A stretch of 64,000 nucleotides of DNA from Macrostomum hystrix (GCA_950097015.1 CATNEN010000003.1:4898001-4962000), one strand, 5' to 3'; positions 24,827-39,502 are shown, numbered from the stretch's first letter. Translations and numbers: made by a program. Notes: generated by a model from the letters alone, not told the origin.

Positions 24827-25150
24827 AGAGGTTGTAGCCTAGTGGTTAGGGCGTCGGACTAACGACTTGAAGGTCGGGGGTTCGATTCCCGACTCCACTG
24901 AAACAATTTGTGTCCTTTAGCAAGACACTTAACTCTGCATTGCTTCAGTTCACCCAGCTGTTAAATGGGTACCAGCATCAGCTGGGATAATTGAAGGTGG
25001 GTGAGGCGTCCCCCCAGTCCATGGACTGAACAGCTGTACGCAGCCTTCAGATGCGCCGCGCAATAGCTGCGGCTGTGCTGTCGGCTGCACATCTGGCCCG
25101 ATTGGGGCAGGTGTAATCATTATTAGTATTAATTATTACAATTAATTATT
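24827..25150 (+). mobile_element. CORE-type SINE family A, full length
   Basis: Near-identical to the 8863 copy. TSD ATGATTAG (24816-24823/25151-25158). Confidence 0.93.
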
Positions 25151-25881
25151 ATGATTAGTAAAAAATGTGGTACCTTAGAACTCAGAATACCTGACCTAAA
25201 AGCAAAGCAAACACATTTTTTATTAACAATAACTATTACTCAGGATAAGAGCATTGAAAACACGGTAGGGTGCTTGCAACTGAGTTTGTTAACACGCAAG
25301 ACTCAATGCTATTAAAAAACCAATGAATCCATCAGCCTCTACTATATGACTAGAATTATGAAAGGATAGATAGTAGGGCTTGACTATCTCCATCTCAAAG
25401 CTCTGAAGAAAAGTTGACGTGCGCGCTCTGGTCACTGTCAAAGGCTGAGAGCTAGATAACTAGTTTTATTTAAGCCAGCTTTCTAAAGCTAAGTGGAACA
25501 GTAACGATGAGCTGTGTACTCAGCCGCAGCTATGGTGTATCAAGGACACACCGAGAAAGATCTAAGTCTTTTTCATCCTGCTAAATATCTCTGATCAAAT
25601 TTGCCGTACGCTTAAAGCTGCTGCTGCTGCTGCGACTGGCTTTTTGAGGCACCGTCCAGCGGTCACGGTTGACGGACTTGAAGAGCTAACTAAGGCATAG
25701 GAGACTTAGTTCTTATATATCCGATATGGGCAGAAGGACTAATATTTAGCTAAAAAATATGGTCGGACCTGATAATATAGATAGACGGATTTTTCGCATC
25801 ATTGAAGTCCTGATCAATTAGTTCCAGGCAGAGCCTTATAGAAACTTTCTAACTTTTGGATTCCATTTTTAGATCTCAAAA

Positions 25882-26030
25882 ACGTTCCTGAACTCGATTC
25901 CGCGACGAGGCCACATGTCGCGCTATTTAAGCCCATGGGGTGCCAACCTCTAAGGCAGAGAGTCAGGGCGGATGTACACACCTGTGAGTGCTCAGAAGTC
26001 AGAAAAATAAGGAGAATTGCCTCCTCGCTG
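25882..26030 (+). mobile_element. Degenerate SINE family B
   Basis: CTCGATTCCGCGACGAGGCC ... GATGTACACACCTGTG ... GAATTGCCTCCTCGCTG. Confidence 0.75.
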
Positions 26031-27733
26031 AAAAATATAACTTAATTATAGCTTTTTATGTTTTTAATTACAGGTCGGACTGAATCATGGTTGAAATTTC
26101 AAGCTTTTTTGTTAAAATGTCAGTTTCGATAATTAAATGAACTTTACTAATTTACCATTTTATGCCTCCAAACGGTAATGGAATCACGATCACAAAAAAC
26201 TATCCCTAATTTCTACCCTCAGTTTCTTTCAAATTTCAGGGCAGCTGCTGAGCTACTACTGGTACCCATCAAATGTTTTTCTTTGACCACGATTCGAACC
26301 CCCGACCTTTCGTTCAGAAGTAGTTTGAGATATAGTTTGAGAATGGGTGAGAAGTAGGCAAATAACTAGACTTGAAGATTTCGACTCAATAGCACTGATT
26401 GAAACAGAAAGAAATTTCCTACTTTGAAAGGCCGCGAAAACTAACAAACTCGAAAAATAAAAAAATGCAAATTTGAATTTGTGGTGACAAAAATTTACAG
26501 CAATCTGCTTCGATTCTTCATTCATTTCAACTGACATTAATTATTACGGTAAGGAACAAAAAAGTGTCGGAGCAGCTAGCTGGCAAACAGATAATAATAT
26601 GCTCAACCATCCTCTCATTTTGAAGATTTTGCAATACATATACAATTTTTTATTTATACTCATAGCATACTACTTACTTCCAAGAAATAGAATAAGTAGT
26701 ATTCTTGCAACTCTAAAAAAACTGGGTTACACACAGGTAGGTACACACAAACAAATGATCGAGAAAGAGAAAGAGAGAGAGAAAGGCGTAAGGAGAACAG
26801 AATATATAAATATAGAGGCATACTCTCTGCCAATGAAACAGTATATACTACACACAATGCAATTGTGCACAAGATGGTATTTGCAAACGTGGCATTAAGT
26901 CGAATCTAATTACGAGAAATACAGTAGGCAGACATATCAAGGGAGAGCTATAGAAGCAAGTATACTATACAACAGCAAGCCACGCATTGAGATTTGACAT
27001 GCCAAAATTAATGAAACTTTTTGTGTCATCGCATATGAAACTGACTTCCGTTTCTAAATAGAGAACAAAATTCTTCTCTCACAAAGTTGACAGGGCTAAT
27101 TTGAACAATATGCAACAGACTACTGTTAGTAAGCAGGTATGAATAAAACAAACAGATAGAAATACAAAAGTGCTCGCAAGAAAATAAATTGAGAAAAATA
27201 GCAACTACAATGGCGTCTTTCCACAGCAGAAGGAATCTATGTACAAGAAGGTTATAATTTCCTTTTCATAGATTTTTTTCAATCGGTCAGAATATATCGC
27301 TGGCTGCTAAACAGCTGGGGGAAGCAACAAGATCTAAATTTGAATAAAGATTGATTGTGAAAGTGAGAAGGCTTAGAATCAATCAAATACGAGTAAGAAT
27401 AGGAAAATAATCTATACGTCCAAATTTATTTTTCATTGAAAATCCGATATGTTTTGAAAAGCTTAAAATGTTCAGTCTTAATTACTCCTTAATTTTTCTA
27501 CTTTTAATCCTGCAAGTTATCAAAGCTTTTAAATTAGAACCTAATTCCCCATTCAAAAGCTTAACTAAATTTACCTCTTAAAGATTTTCCGCAGTTAGTT
27601 AAAAACGCATAGTGTAAGTAGTTAAAATGCGCATTAACATCCAAAAATAGAATTTTCTTCTAACAAAAATAACGAGCTCAAATTAAAAGACACACAGAGA
27701 TCGTCAGACACAAATGCCGAACGGCTAATTGGG

Positions 27734-30700
27734 TCACTGTCTATTACCAGAGGAGGTTGTCGAACCAGTTCGTCTACGCTTAGCCGAAGATGTAGGCGCG
27801 TTAGACTTGGTTGAAACTCGCTTTATTACAGGATCAGTTGCCGAGGCGACGGCGCATGGCGATACTGGAGAGTCACCGGAACCGGCTGTGGTCGTCGCTA
27901 CCGCTGCTGATGCTGCTGTAGCCGGCTGATCCTGAGTGTAGAACAGAATGTATGCCTGGGAGGCTAGAACTTCGTCTAGGCTGCTTGGCTGCACAAATGC
28001 GTCGTTGCAATGAAGCCAGGAGCCTGCGGTACGGAAATTATTGACGAGGATAAATAATTGATTAGACAGTATTCATACATGCATAGATGGGTAAACAGGT
28101 TGATAGAGTATTCGGTAGATTAGGTAGACTGATTGGTAGGCAAAGTAGACGGATGGGTTGGGTAGACAAGGTAGATAGATTGGTCAGGTAGGCAAGGTAG
28201 ACAGATGGGTTGGGTAGGCAAGGTAGACAGATTGGTCAGGTAGGCAAGGTAGAAGGATGGGTTGGATAGAGAAAGTATTTAGTTCGGTTGGGTAGACAAA
28301 GTAGATAGACGGGTTGGGTAGACGAAGCTCTTGCAGTAGTATAATTTACCAGTAGCTCGATTAAAACAGAATGAAGTATAATGGCCGGAGTGAAAGCCGC
28401 GACCGTGATGCACCACAACGCCAGTCAGGTGATAATTATTGCCAGCATAATCCAAGCCTGGCCCATTGGCTGCAGAGGCGGAGCCGGCCTCATTATCAGG
28501 CAGCAGGCAGGACACATCCAATTGGCTGGTGAAGCACACGCGTGAGCAGATTTTTTCTCTGGTGCGACCAATCCAGCGGAATCGTTTCAGATGCAGTCGA
28601 AGCACGCGTGGCAGTCGTTTAATGCGCAACTGTTGTCTAGCTTTGGAATAGAGCGGCACCCGTTTAGTCCGCTGCGACACTGGCGACCTGTTGCAGGTCT
28701 CGCACAGGTAGCTGCGATCTTCAATCTCAGTTTCCCTAGCGAATAGGCGCAATAATTCAGAGAGCTGGCATTCGTTCTGTTCGCCAGTTTGACAACTCTC
28801 AGGAAAGGCTAACGAGATGTCCATGAAGATGTCCTCAGTTTGAGAACATCTGCCGCATTGTAGGCAGCGAATGGTGGACAAATAAGAGCCTTGAAATGTT
28901 CGCGACACAATGTCCTGCGACTGACTAAGCTCCTTCTGCAGCCTATCTAACAATTCGCAGAGAAATTCCTGGGCGTCCTGTTGGCGATAGCCGCGAAAGA
29001 ATGGCACCTGACGCCACACACAGGTTAGTAGGCCCTGCGGCGAGACAACGGCTCTGCGGCCTGACCAGAGTACGCGGAATAAGGCGTGCAATTCCTCCGA
29101 CAATGTACCAGTTGGACCGTCCTCAGCAGCGTAGGCGATGGCTTCGGAGTTGCGCACACTGTTAGACTGATGACTGCCGCCGCTGAGGCCGCCACTGACG
29201 CTTGTTGCTGGCGATGTTCCCTGCTTCTGCTGCTTGGATCGCGGCTTTGAAGAAGACGAAGACTGCTGCTGATGCTGCTGCTGCTGTTCAACCGATTCCA
29301 AGCATTCCATCGATGTTAAACGACGCAACGATTTTCTGCCATTGCCGCTGTCGCTGAGACGTCTACTATTAGCACGCTGAGAAGGGCAGGAAGGCGATTT
29401 GGACATTGGCGAAGACGTAGCCGACTGTTGATTGCCGGTACCGTTTAGAGTCAAATAATCAATAAAATAAGTGGCCAAACAATCGGTGTGGCTCAGTATC
29501 TGCACCACTGAATTGATGTAGCAGGTGTTGCCAAGGTTACGCAATCCAGTAGTACCCGGCAAGATTATGATGGCAGATTTGCCAGCGCCCGATTTGTCTC
29601 TGCCAGACGACGCCGAAGTCAGCGACGAAGAACTGGTTCGACTGCGGCCCACCCCGGTTGACGAAGTAGGCGCCATAGAGGAGGCCGTTTTAACCGCAGC
29701 GGGTCGTCTGCGCAGCATCGCTCTGTGCCACAGGCGCAGAGACCAGGACAGTCGAGAACGCCTGTGAAGCATCAGGGCTGTGTAGCTCAGATCCGCCTGC
29801 ATAAGGTTGTGCGCTTTCCTACGGGAAAAATAAAGAAATCAGTGGGATTTCTACTAACGATTTATCTAAGAAATTAATAAAAATAACTAGAATATAACCA
29901 ACTTAACAACGCTTTAAAAATTATAAATTCTTTACTTAGTCAGTCTGACTTATATACATATTATTAAAACCACGTGACCTATCTAGATGGCATTTCCATG
30001 GCGACCAAACATAACAGTGTTGCGCCATAATTGCGCAATATTATTCTAATCTATTTTTAGTAACAAATTTTTTAAAAGTACACACCCGATTATGAAGGCT
30101 TAATACATTCAACACATACTAACTTAAATGTACATCTATAAACTGTTTATTAGTGACTCATAAAGCATCAATGCAAATCTTGCTTTGATTACTATGGCAA
30201 CGCGTCATATAGCAATAGAAGTGATGTACGAATATATATAGTAGAAGTGTATTTTTTCACTCCGCCTAATGCCTAACGTTTTTGTGTACGCAGATATTAT
30301 TAAGAACGCTAAAAATAGCAACATCAAAGTATGAAGCAGGACAATAGAAAACTTACTGCCTAGGATTCGCTGCTTGCGATCGGAGCAGGCGAGAGCGGAG
30401 GCTGCAATTGGTTAAAACTGAGAAATTCTGAGCTGCAACAGCGTCTAATGCCATCCGTAGGATTTTTATATCTCCAGCGGCATTGTCGTTTAGGATGTAG
30501 TCGTCGCACACATAGCTGCAAGTTAAACATAATAATTTACTACATACTAAATATAAGGCGAGATGGATTCCCAGGATAGAATCAAAGGAAGGCTGAGGGA
30601 ATCGAAGGATTGCAGAGGGAATCGAATGATTGCAGAGAGAATCGAAGGATTGCAGAGGGAATCGAAGGATAGTAGAGGGAATCGAAGGATTGCAGATGGA

Positions 30701-31822
30701 ATCGAAGGATAGTAGAGGGAATCGAAGGATTTCAGAGGGAATCGAAGGATTGCAGAGAGAATCGAAGGATAGTAGAGGGAATCGAAGGATTGCAGAGGGA
30801 ATCGAATGATTGCAGATGGAATCGAAGGATTGCAGAGAGAATCGAAGGATTGCAGAGGGAATCGAAGGATTGCAGAGAGAATCGAAGGATTGCAAAGAGA
30901 ATCGAAGGATTGCAGAGGGAATCGAAGGATTGCAGAGGGAATCGAAGGATTGCAGAGGGAATCGAAGGATAGTAGAGGGAATCGAAGGATTGCAGATGGA
31001 ATCGAAGGATAGTAGAGGGAATCGAAGGATTGCAGAGGGAATCGAAGGATTGCAGAGAGAATCGAAGGATAGTAGAGGGAATCGAAGGATTGCAGAGGGA
31101 ATCGAAGGATTGCAGAGGGAATCGAAGGATTGCAGAGGGAATCGAAGGATTGCAGATGGAATCGAAGGATTGCAGAGAGAATCGAAGGATTGCAGAGGGA
31201 ATCGAAGGATTGCAGAGAGAATCGAAGGATTGCAAAGAGAATCGAAGGATTGCAGAGGGAATCGAAGGATTGCAGAGAGAATCGAAGGATTGCAGAGAGA
31301 ATCGAAGGATTGCAGAGGGAATCGAAGGATTGCAGAGGGAATCGAAGGATTGCAGAGGGAATCGAAGGATAGTAGAGGGAATCGAAGGAAAGTAGAGGGA
31401 ATCGAAGGAAAATAGAGGGAATCGAAGGAAATGAAAGGGTATCGAAGGATCGATTAAGATCGAATAGGTTGAGGCAAATGATTGGGGCGGGAAGAGAGTA
31501 GGGAAACGGTAAGAGAAAAAATTCTCTTCCGCTTTTCCATTCTGCATTGCAATACAGTTATGGAGCTGTATCAATCGCCAAAAAACACTCACCAGAAGAC
31601 AAACTTCTCATTGATCTCAATAGAAAGCGGATGCTTAGTGTCTCTGTGATGCTTCAATGCGTGCTCCTCATTGTAACGACCGCATGCAATATTCTTACAA
31701 TGCAAACAGGCCCAAACTGACTCCGTAGTCGAACAAACTGAACAATTCCATCGTTCCGGTTGCAGTAGGCCCAAATCCATGCAGCCCTTAATGCGACTGA
31801 CGTGCTTGCAATTGTCTACCAT
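27734..31822 (-). CDS. Ubiquitin-specific protease USP44/USP49-like (UBP zinc finger + C19 peptidase)
   Basis: Phase-consistent exons 31822-31593, 30515-30357, 29818-28350 and 28023-27734. UBP-ZnF (CSVC..VWACLHC..IACGRY..HALKH..FCYVCDDY), Cys box GLRNLGNTCYINS, QQDAQEFL, His box HHGRGFHSGHY, WLHCND and AYILFY. Confidence 0.93.
28090..28325. repeat. Degenerate GGTAGAC/GGTAGGC tandem repeat in last USP intron
   Basis: Repeating GGTAGGCAAGGTAGACAGATGGGTT-like units. Confidence 0.7.
30575..31450. repeat. 20-bp minisatellite (GAATCGAAGGATTGCAGAGG) in USP intron 1
   Basis: Exact period 20. Confidence 0.96.
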
Positions 31823-32288
31823 GTGATTAGCTGCAACAGTGTCAAGATGCAACATTAAAAAAGATTTACTAATTAGATGACGAGGTATTTAGGTATACAA
31901 CTGTATGTCTAGTTTCTCTTGATGTTTACCTAATACTAAAAAACCAATTGGAAGACAACAAAAATCTGTTTTTGTCATTTAAAGAAAGGATTTTTAGCAG
32001 TTGTATTTACTTAGCCAAAAGAAATAATAAACAAGCTTAAATGTATTCCAACTATGCAACTTAATTTCAGTACAATGATTACAGGTGAGTATTAGTAGAT
32101 ATTATAATACAACGATTCATATAGAAAGACACTATATATAAGAAACTATATTTTACTAACAATACCAACAGTTTAAAGAAAAAGAAAATTAACTTTTTTT
32201 TAATAGAACCGCTGTTAAGCACTAGAGATTAGATTTTTTGTATCACTTAAAATTTGCGTCGTTGTAAATGAATCTCAACCGCGTCAGT

Positions 32289-35200
32289 CTAGTCCAACTG
32301 ACAATTTAAAATAGCCACTATCGAAGGCCAATATTCGTCCCCTCTATCGCTGACAGCCTTCTGGGATCGAAGTTCCAATAGGCGCTGAGATGGTATGAAA
32401 CTCAGCGCAGATGCTGATGCACTACTAGCAGGAGTAGTAGGCGACAATTCAACTACCCTCGGGCATAAAAGGTAGAGCTGATGCCACACTAAGGACGGCT
32501 CCACCGCGTAGATACAGCGCATCGATTCCAGAGCGGCTAGTCGCAATTCTTCGGGCAATTTTTTTGAAAGGAACGGAGCTAGTCCGGAGTTTACTAGCAG
32601 GTCTAGACTCATTAGTTGCAGCCGAGATCTAAAATTTAGTTTTAGATAAGGAAAAAAGAATTGAGCGTATGATATTTACATTGGTGGGTTTCCATCGGGG
32701 GTGTGTTCTTTGCGGATAGCTTCTGGCGTGCCCGAAAAAGATGACGAGGCATTTGCCTTGCTCTGTTAAGGTAAAGTACAACCCGAGTGCTAAGCTTTAA
32801 TGACTGCTAAAAATTAGCTAATAATGACAGAGTAAATGGGTTAAGTAACTTGTATTCCCCAATTAACAGAAGAAAATATAAATAAAGAAAGTTTCAGTTA
32901 CTAATTCGATTTTTATAGTCTAATATTTGCTGGACTTTGTACATTTTAGCTTTTAAAGTTCGAAAAGATTTTATTCAGATCCTAGAGATCCTAGATCCTA
33001 AAGAAAGCAACGACGCAAGAAAAAAAACAAACACAAAAATAATAATAACCAAATAATTTTTGTTTACCTAACAGCCAATGGACCCAGACTTTGTAGTATG
33101 CAACGAAGTCGACGAAATTCTTGACAGCGTCGAAAAACTGCCGGCTGCCAACTAGGCGCTCGAGCCAGAGCTGCGGGTAGCATTGTTCGACACAGTGGTC
33201 TAATCACATCGTCGGCTATGCGAGACCGTAAAAAGTCACCGGAAAGGTTTGCCACAGCTAGAACCGTGTTGACAGCCTCTAAAGATACAGAATGATCAGG
33301 ATCTGCTAGACGACGAACCGTTGCAGGCCACAGACTATGAATAGTTGGCAATAGACGCTCTTGGGAGGGCCCATCATCGTGCGACATAGCGTAGGCAGCA
33401 TACGTGAGCCCGGCTAATGCCGCCCTACGAACGCTAGGCTCGTCTTCAAAGTGAGTCAAGTGAACTAGACGATCAACTACCTGTTGACAGAGACGAGCAT
33501 GTACTGGCGGTGGAGGCTTCTGAGCACGAGGTTCATCGTCTTCAACGACGCTTGGTTTATCGTCCCCTGCGCTGGATGGATATTCGTATCCGCGCCGACG
33601 ACGCCAGATAATCAACAGTTCTTTTGCAGCCCGGTCTGCTTTCAGAATTCGATCTCTGGAATCGTTGCCATTAACTTCGCCTGAAGTCGGCATAGTCAGT
33701 GCATTAGTAAACATATGTCCTTCTACGTCAATGTTTAACACACGGCAAAGTGATCGCAATAGGAACGCCAATAATGGTACCAACATTCTATGCAATTGTT
33801 CGTAGTGCTTGTCAACTCGATCGCATAGGCGCAAAACTAGAGGCTCCAGTGCTGGCAAAACGTCGGCATTGCAATGAGCTAAAGCGCTGTGCAAAACGGC
33901 AAATGGCTCGTGCGATGGTGGTCCGAGTAGCTTCACTAGGCACTGATTAAAAATGTAGTCAGCATTAGCACCAATTAAACTACCAATGCTAGTCGAATCA
34001 GAAATCGATTGAGCAAGCTGGGAGAGGCATTTAAGGGCAGCAGCTCTAACTGCAGTCAGTGGATGTGCGCAAGCGGCTAGGCATGGATATAGGCAATTCA
34101 TTGGGAGTGTTTGATCATTAGGAAAGTGGCGACCTAAGCGACCAACAAGGCGGAGGGCTAAACGACGGGCAGTCGCTGATTCGCGTCTTTCGCGAGCCGT
34201 TGCTGCATTTGCCGAAGCTTTAGACACTGCGACAAGGGCCATCGACATCGATGACGGTTCGACTTCAGTTGAATCTAGAACAGATAAAGCGCATTCCAGA
34301 AGGCGTTGTTTAGTAGCTTCAATTTTTTTGCAACGTGCAGCGATTGCTACTAGCAGCGCGAGACATCCAAGACGCAGACGACGTTCGGACGTGGATATCG
34401 AAGTCATCGATGACAGGCAGTCAAGTGTAGCATCAGCTAATAAATCCCCAGTATCATCATCACTACTGCTACTAGACATGCGCGTCAACAGTAGTCGAAC
34501 AGCACCGGCGACATCAGCATCCACTCCGTCATCATTGTCTACATCATCGTCAGGTTCAGGATCCGCTTCTTCGACGAGAGACAAACGAGAGGCGTCAGGA
34601 GCGATACAGAATGCAAGGCCTCGGATCAGGCAGTCGCGATGTAGAACGGAGCGAAGACACAAACGACCACTGCTTGGCCGAACATTGGAACAGCCAGCAA
34701 GGCCATTAAGACAGGCGAGCAATTCGTCGCGATTTCCGTGACATCCAGAAGCTAAGCGTTCAAGACTTTCGCACAATTCTAAAGCAGCCTTATCAATGCG
34801 GATAGTTTCACTATCGTCCCCTAGAATCTCGAGCGCAATTGAGCTCACTTTAGGCTGCTGATCGGCACAAAGACGTAAAAGGCGATTTAAAAGACGTGGT
34901 CGGATAACATCGGCTGCATCAGCTGAGGGCAGAATTGGCAAGACATTGTGAAGCAGGCGGCCGCAAAAGTAACAGATTTCAAGGCGAACGGTCCAGTTGG
35001 CCTCGATGTCTGGTCGAAGGGCACTTTCGAGCCAGGCGTCGACGCGCCTTGCTGTATCAGCTGTGAAAGTTTCATTTGAAATCAGCCCCATGGTAAGTAC
35101 GCGGCGCATAACTCGAAGAATAGCGCAACGGGACCTAGAATTTAATCGGATACTGCCTGATAAAACGCTACCTAGTTTACTAACTAAACCAGGCAACAGT

Positions 35201-35961
35201 GGACGTAAGAAGGCTGACACAGCACTTTTACCCAACTTAATGCCTTTAACATCTGTAGCATCTATTTCAAGGGTAGAACAATCACTGTCATTGTTATTGT
35301 CGAAGCCAATGTCAGACAACTGAAGCTTTAACAAACTTGTCAAGCAAATGGCACCAGCGCACCGATCATTAGTATCTCCAGGATCAACAGTGATTCCAGC
35401 GTCCAAAATAAAAGTCACTAGGTGAGCAAACAATGGCAGTTGATCTTTAGTCAACAAGGATGGGATATCAGACACTGAGCAAAGATTAGCAGCACCTGAA
35501 ATGGCCGCTAACATTGGCCGGCGAAGGTTCTCATCAGTTGCTATAACCAATTGGCAATGTTGAATAAGACTAGACAATTCGCTAAGGATTAACACAATCT
35601 GGCTTACTGGAGGACGACGCTCATGATCAGACAAAGGCAGTTGACGTTGCAGCAAACAAGAGAGAAGTAATAACAGTTCAACTAGGGCAGTGGGGCTAAG
35701 AATATCCGAGGACTGTCGTACACAGCGCAGAACAGGCAGCAAAACTAAGTCTAGATAGGTGCGACACTCCTTTTGGTTCAGTCCATCAGCAACTAAATTG
35801 CGAAGATGACAGAGCCCAGCTAGGTTGCTAGGCTCTGCAATAATACATCGACAGGCATCACGCAACTGCACAAAGATAGGCATAGCTCTTGAAGAGGATG
35901 GACTATTGTTGCTGCTGCCATTGTCAATAGCAACAGCTGCACCCTTTGTAGTCTTAGCAAG
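32289..35961 (-). CDS. TTI1: TELO2-interacting protein 1 (TTT complex HEAT-repeat protein)
   Basis: Exons 35961 (acceptor; in-frame ATG 35883)-33068 and 32628-32289 (phase 2). TTI1-like motifs LLPGLVSKL, LIGANADYI, LLPTIHSLWP, SGDFLRSRI and VEPSLVW. About 1050-1080 aa. True start uncertain. Confidence 0.82.
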
Positions 35962-36192
35962 CTAAAATAGTTTTATAGTAGATGAAATTGATAGATACCT
36001 CTAAATTTTTTAAAAGAAAAAACTACTTATACTTAACTAAATTGTTTAATTTTAAAGCTTAGATAAGTCTAGATCTAGAGCTAAAGTAAAAAAACACATT
36101 TTATCAACACATGAAACTTATGAAGCTTTTTATGCAATAACTAATAAACCAAAAAGAAACTAGCTAATAACAAAAAACAAAAAATTGAGTAA

Positions 36193-36916
36193 ATTGTCAA
36201 CTGGGGAATCATCATCAAATGGGGGATTATGGTCAACTGGGGATCATCATCTATTGGGAGTCATCATCAAATGGGGGATAATAGTCAACTGAGAGATAAT
36301 TGTCGACTGGGGGATCATTGTCAACTGGGGGATCATTGTCAACTGGGGGATCATTGTCAACTGGGAGATCATTGTCAACTGGGGATCATTGTCAACTGGG
36401 GGATCATTGTCAACTGGGGGATCATTGTCAACTGGGGGATCATTGTCAACTGGGGGATCATTGTCAACTGGGGGATCATTGTCAACTGCGTGATCATCAT
36501 CAACTGGGGCATCATTGTCAACTGTGGGAACATTGTCAACTGGGGATCATCATCAATGGGGAGTCATCATTAACTGAGGGATCATCATCAATTGGGGGAT
36601 TATTGTCAACTGGGGGATCATTGTCAACTTGGGGATCATTGTCATGGTCAACTGGGGATCATCATCAATTGGGAGTCATCATCAAATGGGGGATCATAGT
36701 CAACTGAGAGATAATTGTCGACTGGAGGATCATTGTCAACTGGGAGATCATTGTCAACTGTGGGATCATTCTCAACTGGGGGATCATTGTCAACTGGGGG
36801 TTCATTGTCAACTGGGGGATCATTGTCAACTGGGGGATCATTGTCAACTGGGGGATCATCATCAACTGGGAGAGCATCATCAACGGGGGGGATCATTGTC
36901 AACTGGGGGTTCATTG
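36193..36916. repeat. 18-bp minisatellite (TGTCAACTGGGGGATCAT) with higher-order duplication
   Basis: Tandem units. Variant block 36230-36330 recurs at 36645-36745. Confidence 0.93.
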
Positions 36917-38382
36917 TAGCTTTAAAAAGCTGTAAATTCAGCTGCTAAAAAGTATATACTAGACGAATTAAAATTATTTCTGCTCCCCGAAGGGGGGCAA
37001 AACTTGCTAGTTGAGTACTAAATATTAAAATTTTTTTACAAAAACTAAAAATTCTGAAAATTAGACCAAGCACTTCATAAAACTGTTTGTATTTGCTGAT
37101 ACACCTTTTTCTGTTCAATTTCAAAAAAATTGCATTCAATTTTGGAAAGCCAACAATCAAATTTGTCAGTTTATATTTAGCTTGACAAATCAACATTCAA
37201 ATTCAGCAAACTCACATTCAGATTCAACAAGCAACATTACAATTTTGGCAACTGGCATTTGATTTCATACTGTCCCAAAAGCTATTGTCCTGTCTATGGT
37301 AAAATGGTGTTGTAGCATGTAGAACTCTTATTTGATTTTGGTATCTTACATTCAATTTCTATCATAGATATCCCAATCACAGATTGAATGAGAGTTTTGT
37401 TGAAATTGAATGGAAAATGTGTAACAAATCAGACAAGCAATTGTCTCAATAGCAAATATATGCCTGAATTAAGGAGGGCTAAACAATTCTGATCAACCTA
37501 AGTTGTACATGGTACAAACAAACATGAGCCACAAGTTCCTAGCCATTACATAATTAATACAAAAATAAGCATTCTATCATACACATACATGCGCAACCTC
37601 CCAAATCTTAGCTGGCCATGTGACTTAGTTTTTGCTCTATATACGACTTAGTTTGCTCTCATTTGCGACTTAGTTTGTTTCATTGCTCTATTTATGACTT
37701 AGTTTGCTCTCATTTGCTCTCTTTTTCTCTCCCTTTTTCCTTTTCTTCATGTCTTCCTTTTTTGTCCCTTGGTCCCCCCTTTGATTTTTTTGCGCTTGGT
37801 CAATTGGTTTTTGCGACTTACCTTGCTTGGCCCTCGTTTCACCTGGCCGATTCGGCCAGGCCGGCCGGGTGTTGTGCATGTATGATCATACATATTACCT
37901 GCCTGATATAACATTTCATAACTAAATACATACAAAAAGTACTTTATCTTTTTAAACATTTTTGATTTAAGAAAAAAGTTAATATAAGCTAGATCACACT
38001 GTAAGGTTTTAAAATTTTAACTAGATATAAGTAATTCTACTCTATCTACATTCTATTTCATAGGATAATACAAGCCAAGAATACTATTTTGGTCATTTCT
38101 TTAACTAGCAAATTCACTAACTTTTCATTTTCATTGTTTTAGTATTGAAAATTACTTATAACTATACCCTATGGGACTAAAACTAAATCACAAAACTTAT
38201 TTATATATTCCAGAGCTAGTTAAACAAATACCACAGAGTAAAATGATACTATTTGTCTTTAACAAACAAACAAAACAAAACCTAAAACAGATAAAATGGT
38301 TCGCTATAATGTATTTAAGTCTGGAGTTACTATTCTCAATTAAAAACTACTAGTTGACTAATGTCTGACTATCTCTTGCAGC

Positions 38383-39502
38383 CCATATTGCGGAAGGAGG
38401 GGTGTACGCCGGAATTTTCCGGCATACACCGGCGTACATTTCTTGGCTGTGTACAGTGTGGCGTACACGACTGGTGTACAAATTAATATGAAGAATTTTT
38501 TTCGTGCATTTTTGTGTTAAGTTATTTTTAAAAAACATTTTTTCTGCTACTATTTTCTCATTTAACTAATCATTTTAATTACCGGAATCGTCACGACAAT
38601 CGTCATGTCGTAATCAATTTTTTGTAATTTAAATTTAAATTTAAATATTTGTCGATTTTTTACCATTAAACCGTTGATAATTATAATATACTGTTCTGAT
38701 CGGACTTCTGGTTCTGGTTATGTTTAATTTCTGTTTTCCGTTAATTGTTACTCTGTTACTGTTACTGAAATGAAAGCAAAAAGTTATTTTATTATTCATT
38801 AAATATAAAAGAATGGCTACTGCTTACACTAGCAATTCATCTGATTCTTACTCTGAATCAGAAGATCGTCAGAGTCATCACTCTCATTCTCATACTTATA
38901 CACCCGCTTGAACCAGTTCCACGCCAGACTAGGCCTTGCTTTATCGAAGCTACTTGCCCACTTGTAGTCCTTGTAGTTGTAGACCGTTGCCTGATCATTG
39001 GACAAAAAGGGGCAGTCTCAGGTTAATGCAACCGGCATATGCCACTGGCCTATTCACAACCACAAGTAGAGCACGTCCATCTTCGCTCACGTCTGACACT
39101 CTGACACTGCATCAATTAACTGCATGTAACGTACAAGTGACTCGCCAATAAACGGATCGCTACTTCACTACTTTAACTTGCGTCACTGCGTGATAACTAT
39201 TTACTGTGTTTTCATGTTTTAAATTAAAAAAATATCATATTTTCATATTAGTTGAATTGTGGCTTAATAATAATAATACTCCGTGTTTATTTCTTTGTAA
39301 TTTTAAGGATGTTTTTTCTTTCACTTACTTTATTTTTGTGGCTTAATCATAATAAACTTGCGATAGGCCAGTAGCACATAGTTTTTGTTGGCGCACATTA
39401 AGAAAGTTGGCGTACATTAAAAAATTGTTGGCGACGTTGGCGTACAATTGAAAATTCAATAAAAATGTGTCCGGCGTACACAGAAAACCTTCCGCAATAT
39501 GG
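38383..39502. mobile_element. 1120-bp non-autonomous TIR DNA transposon with 8-bp TSD
   Basis: Perfect 15-bp TIR CCATATTGCGGAAGG/CCTTCCGCAATATGG. TSD CTTGCAGC at 38375-38382 and 39503-39510. Subterminal GGCGTACA motifs. Confidence 0.92.
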
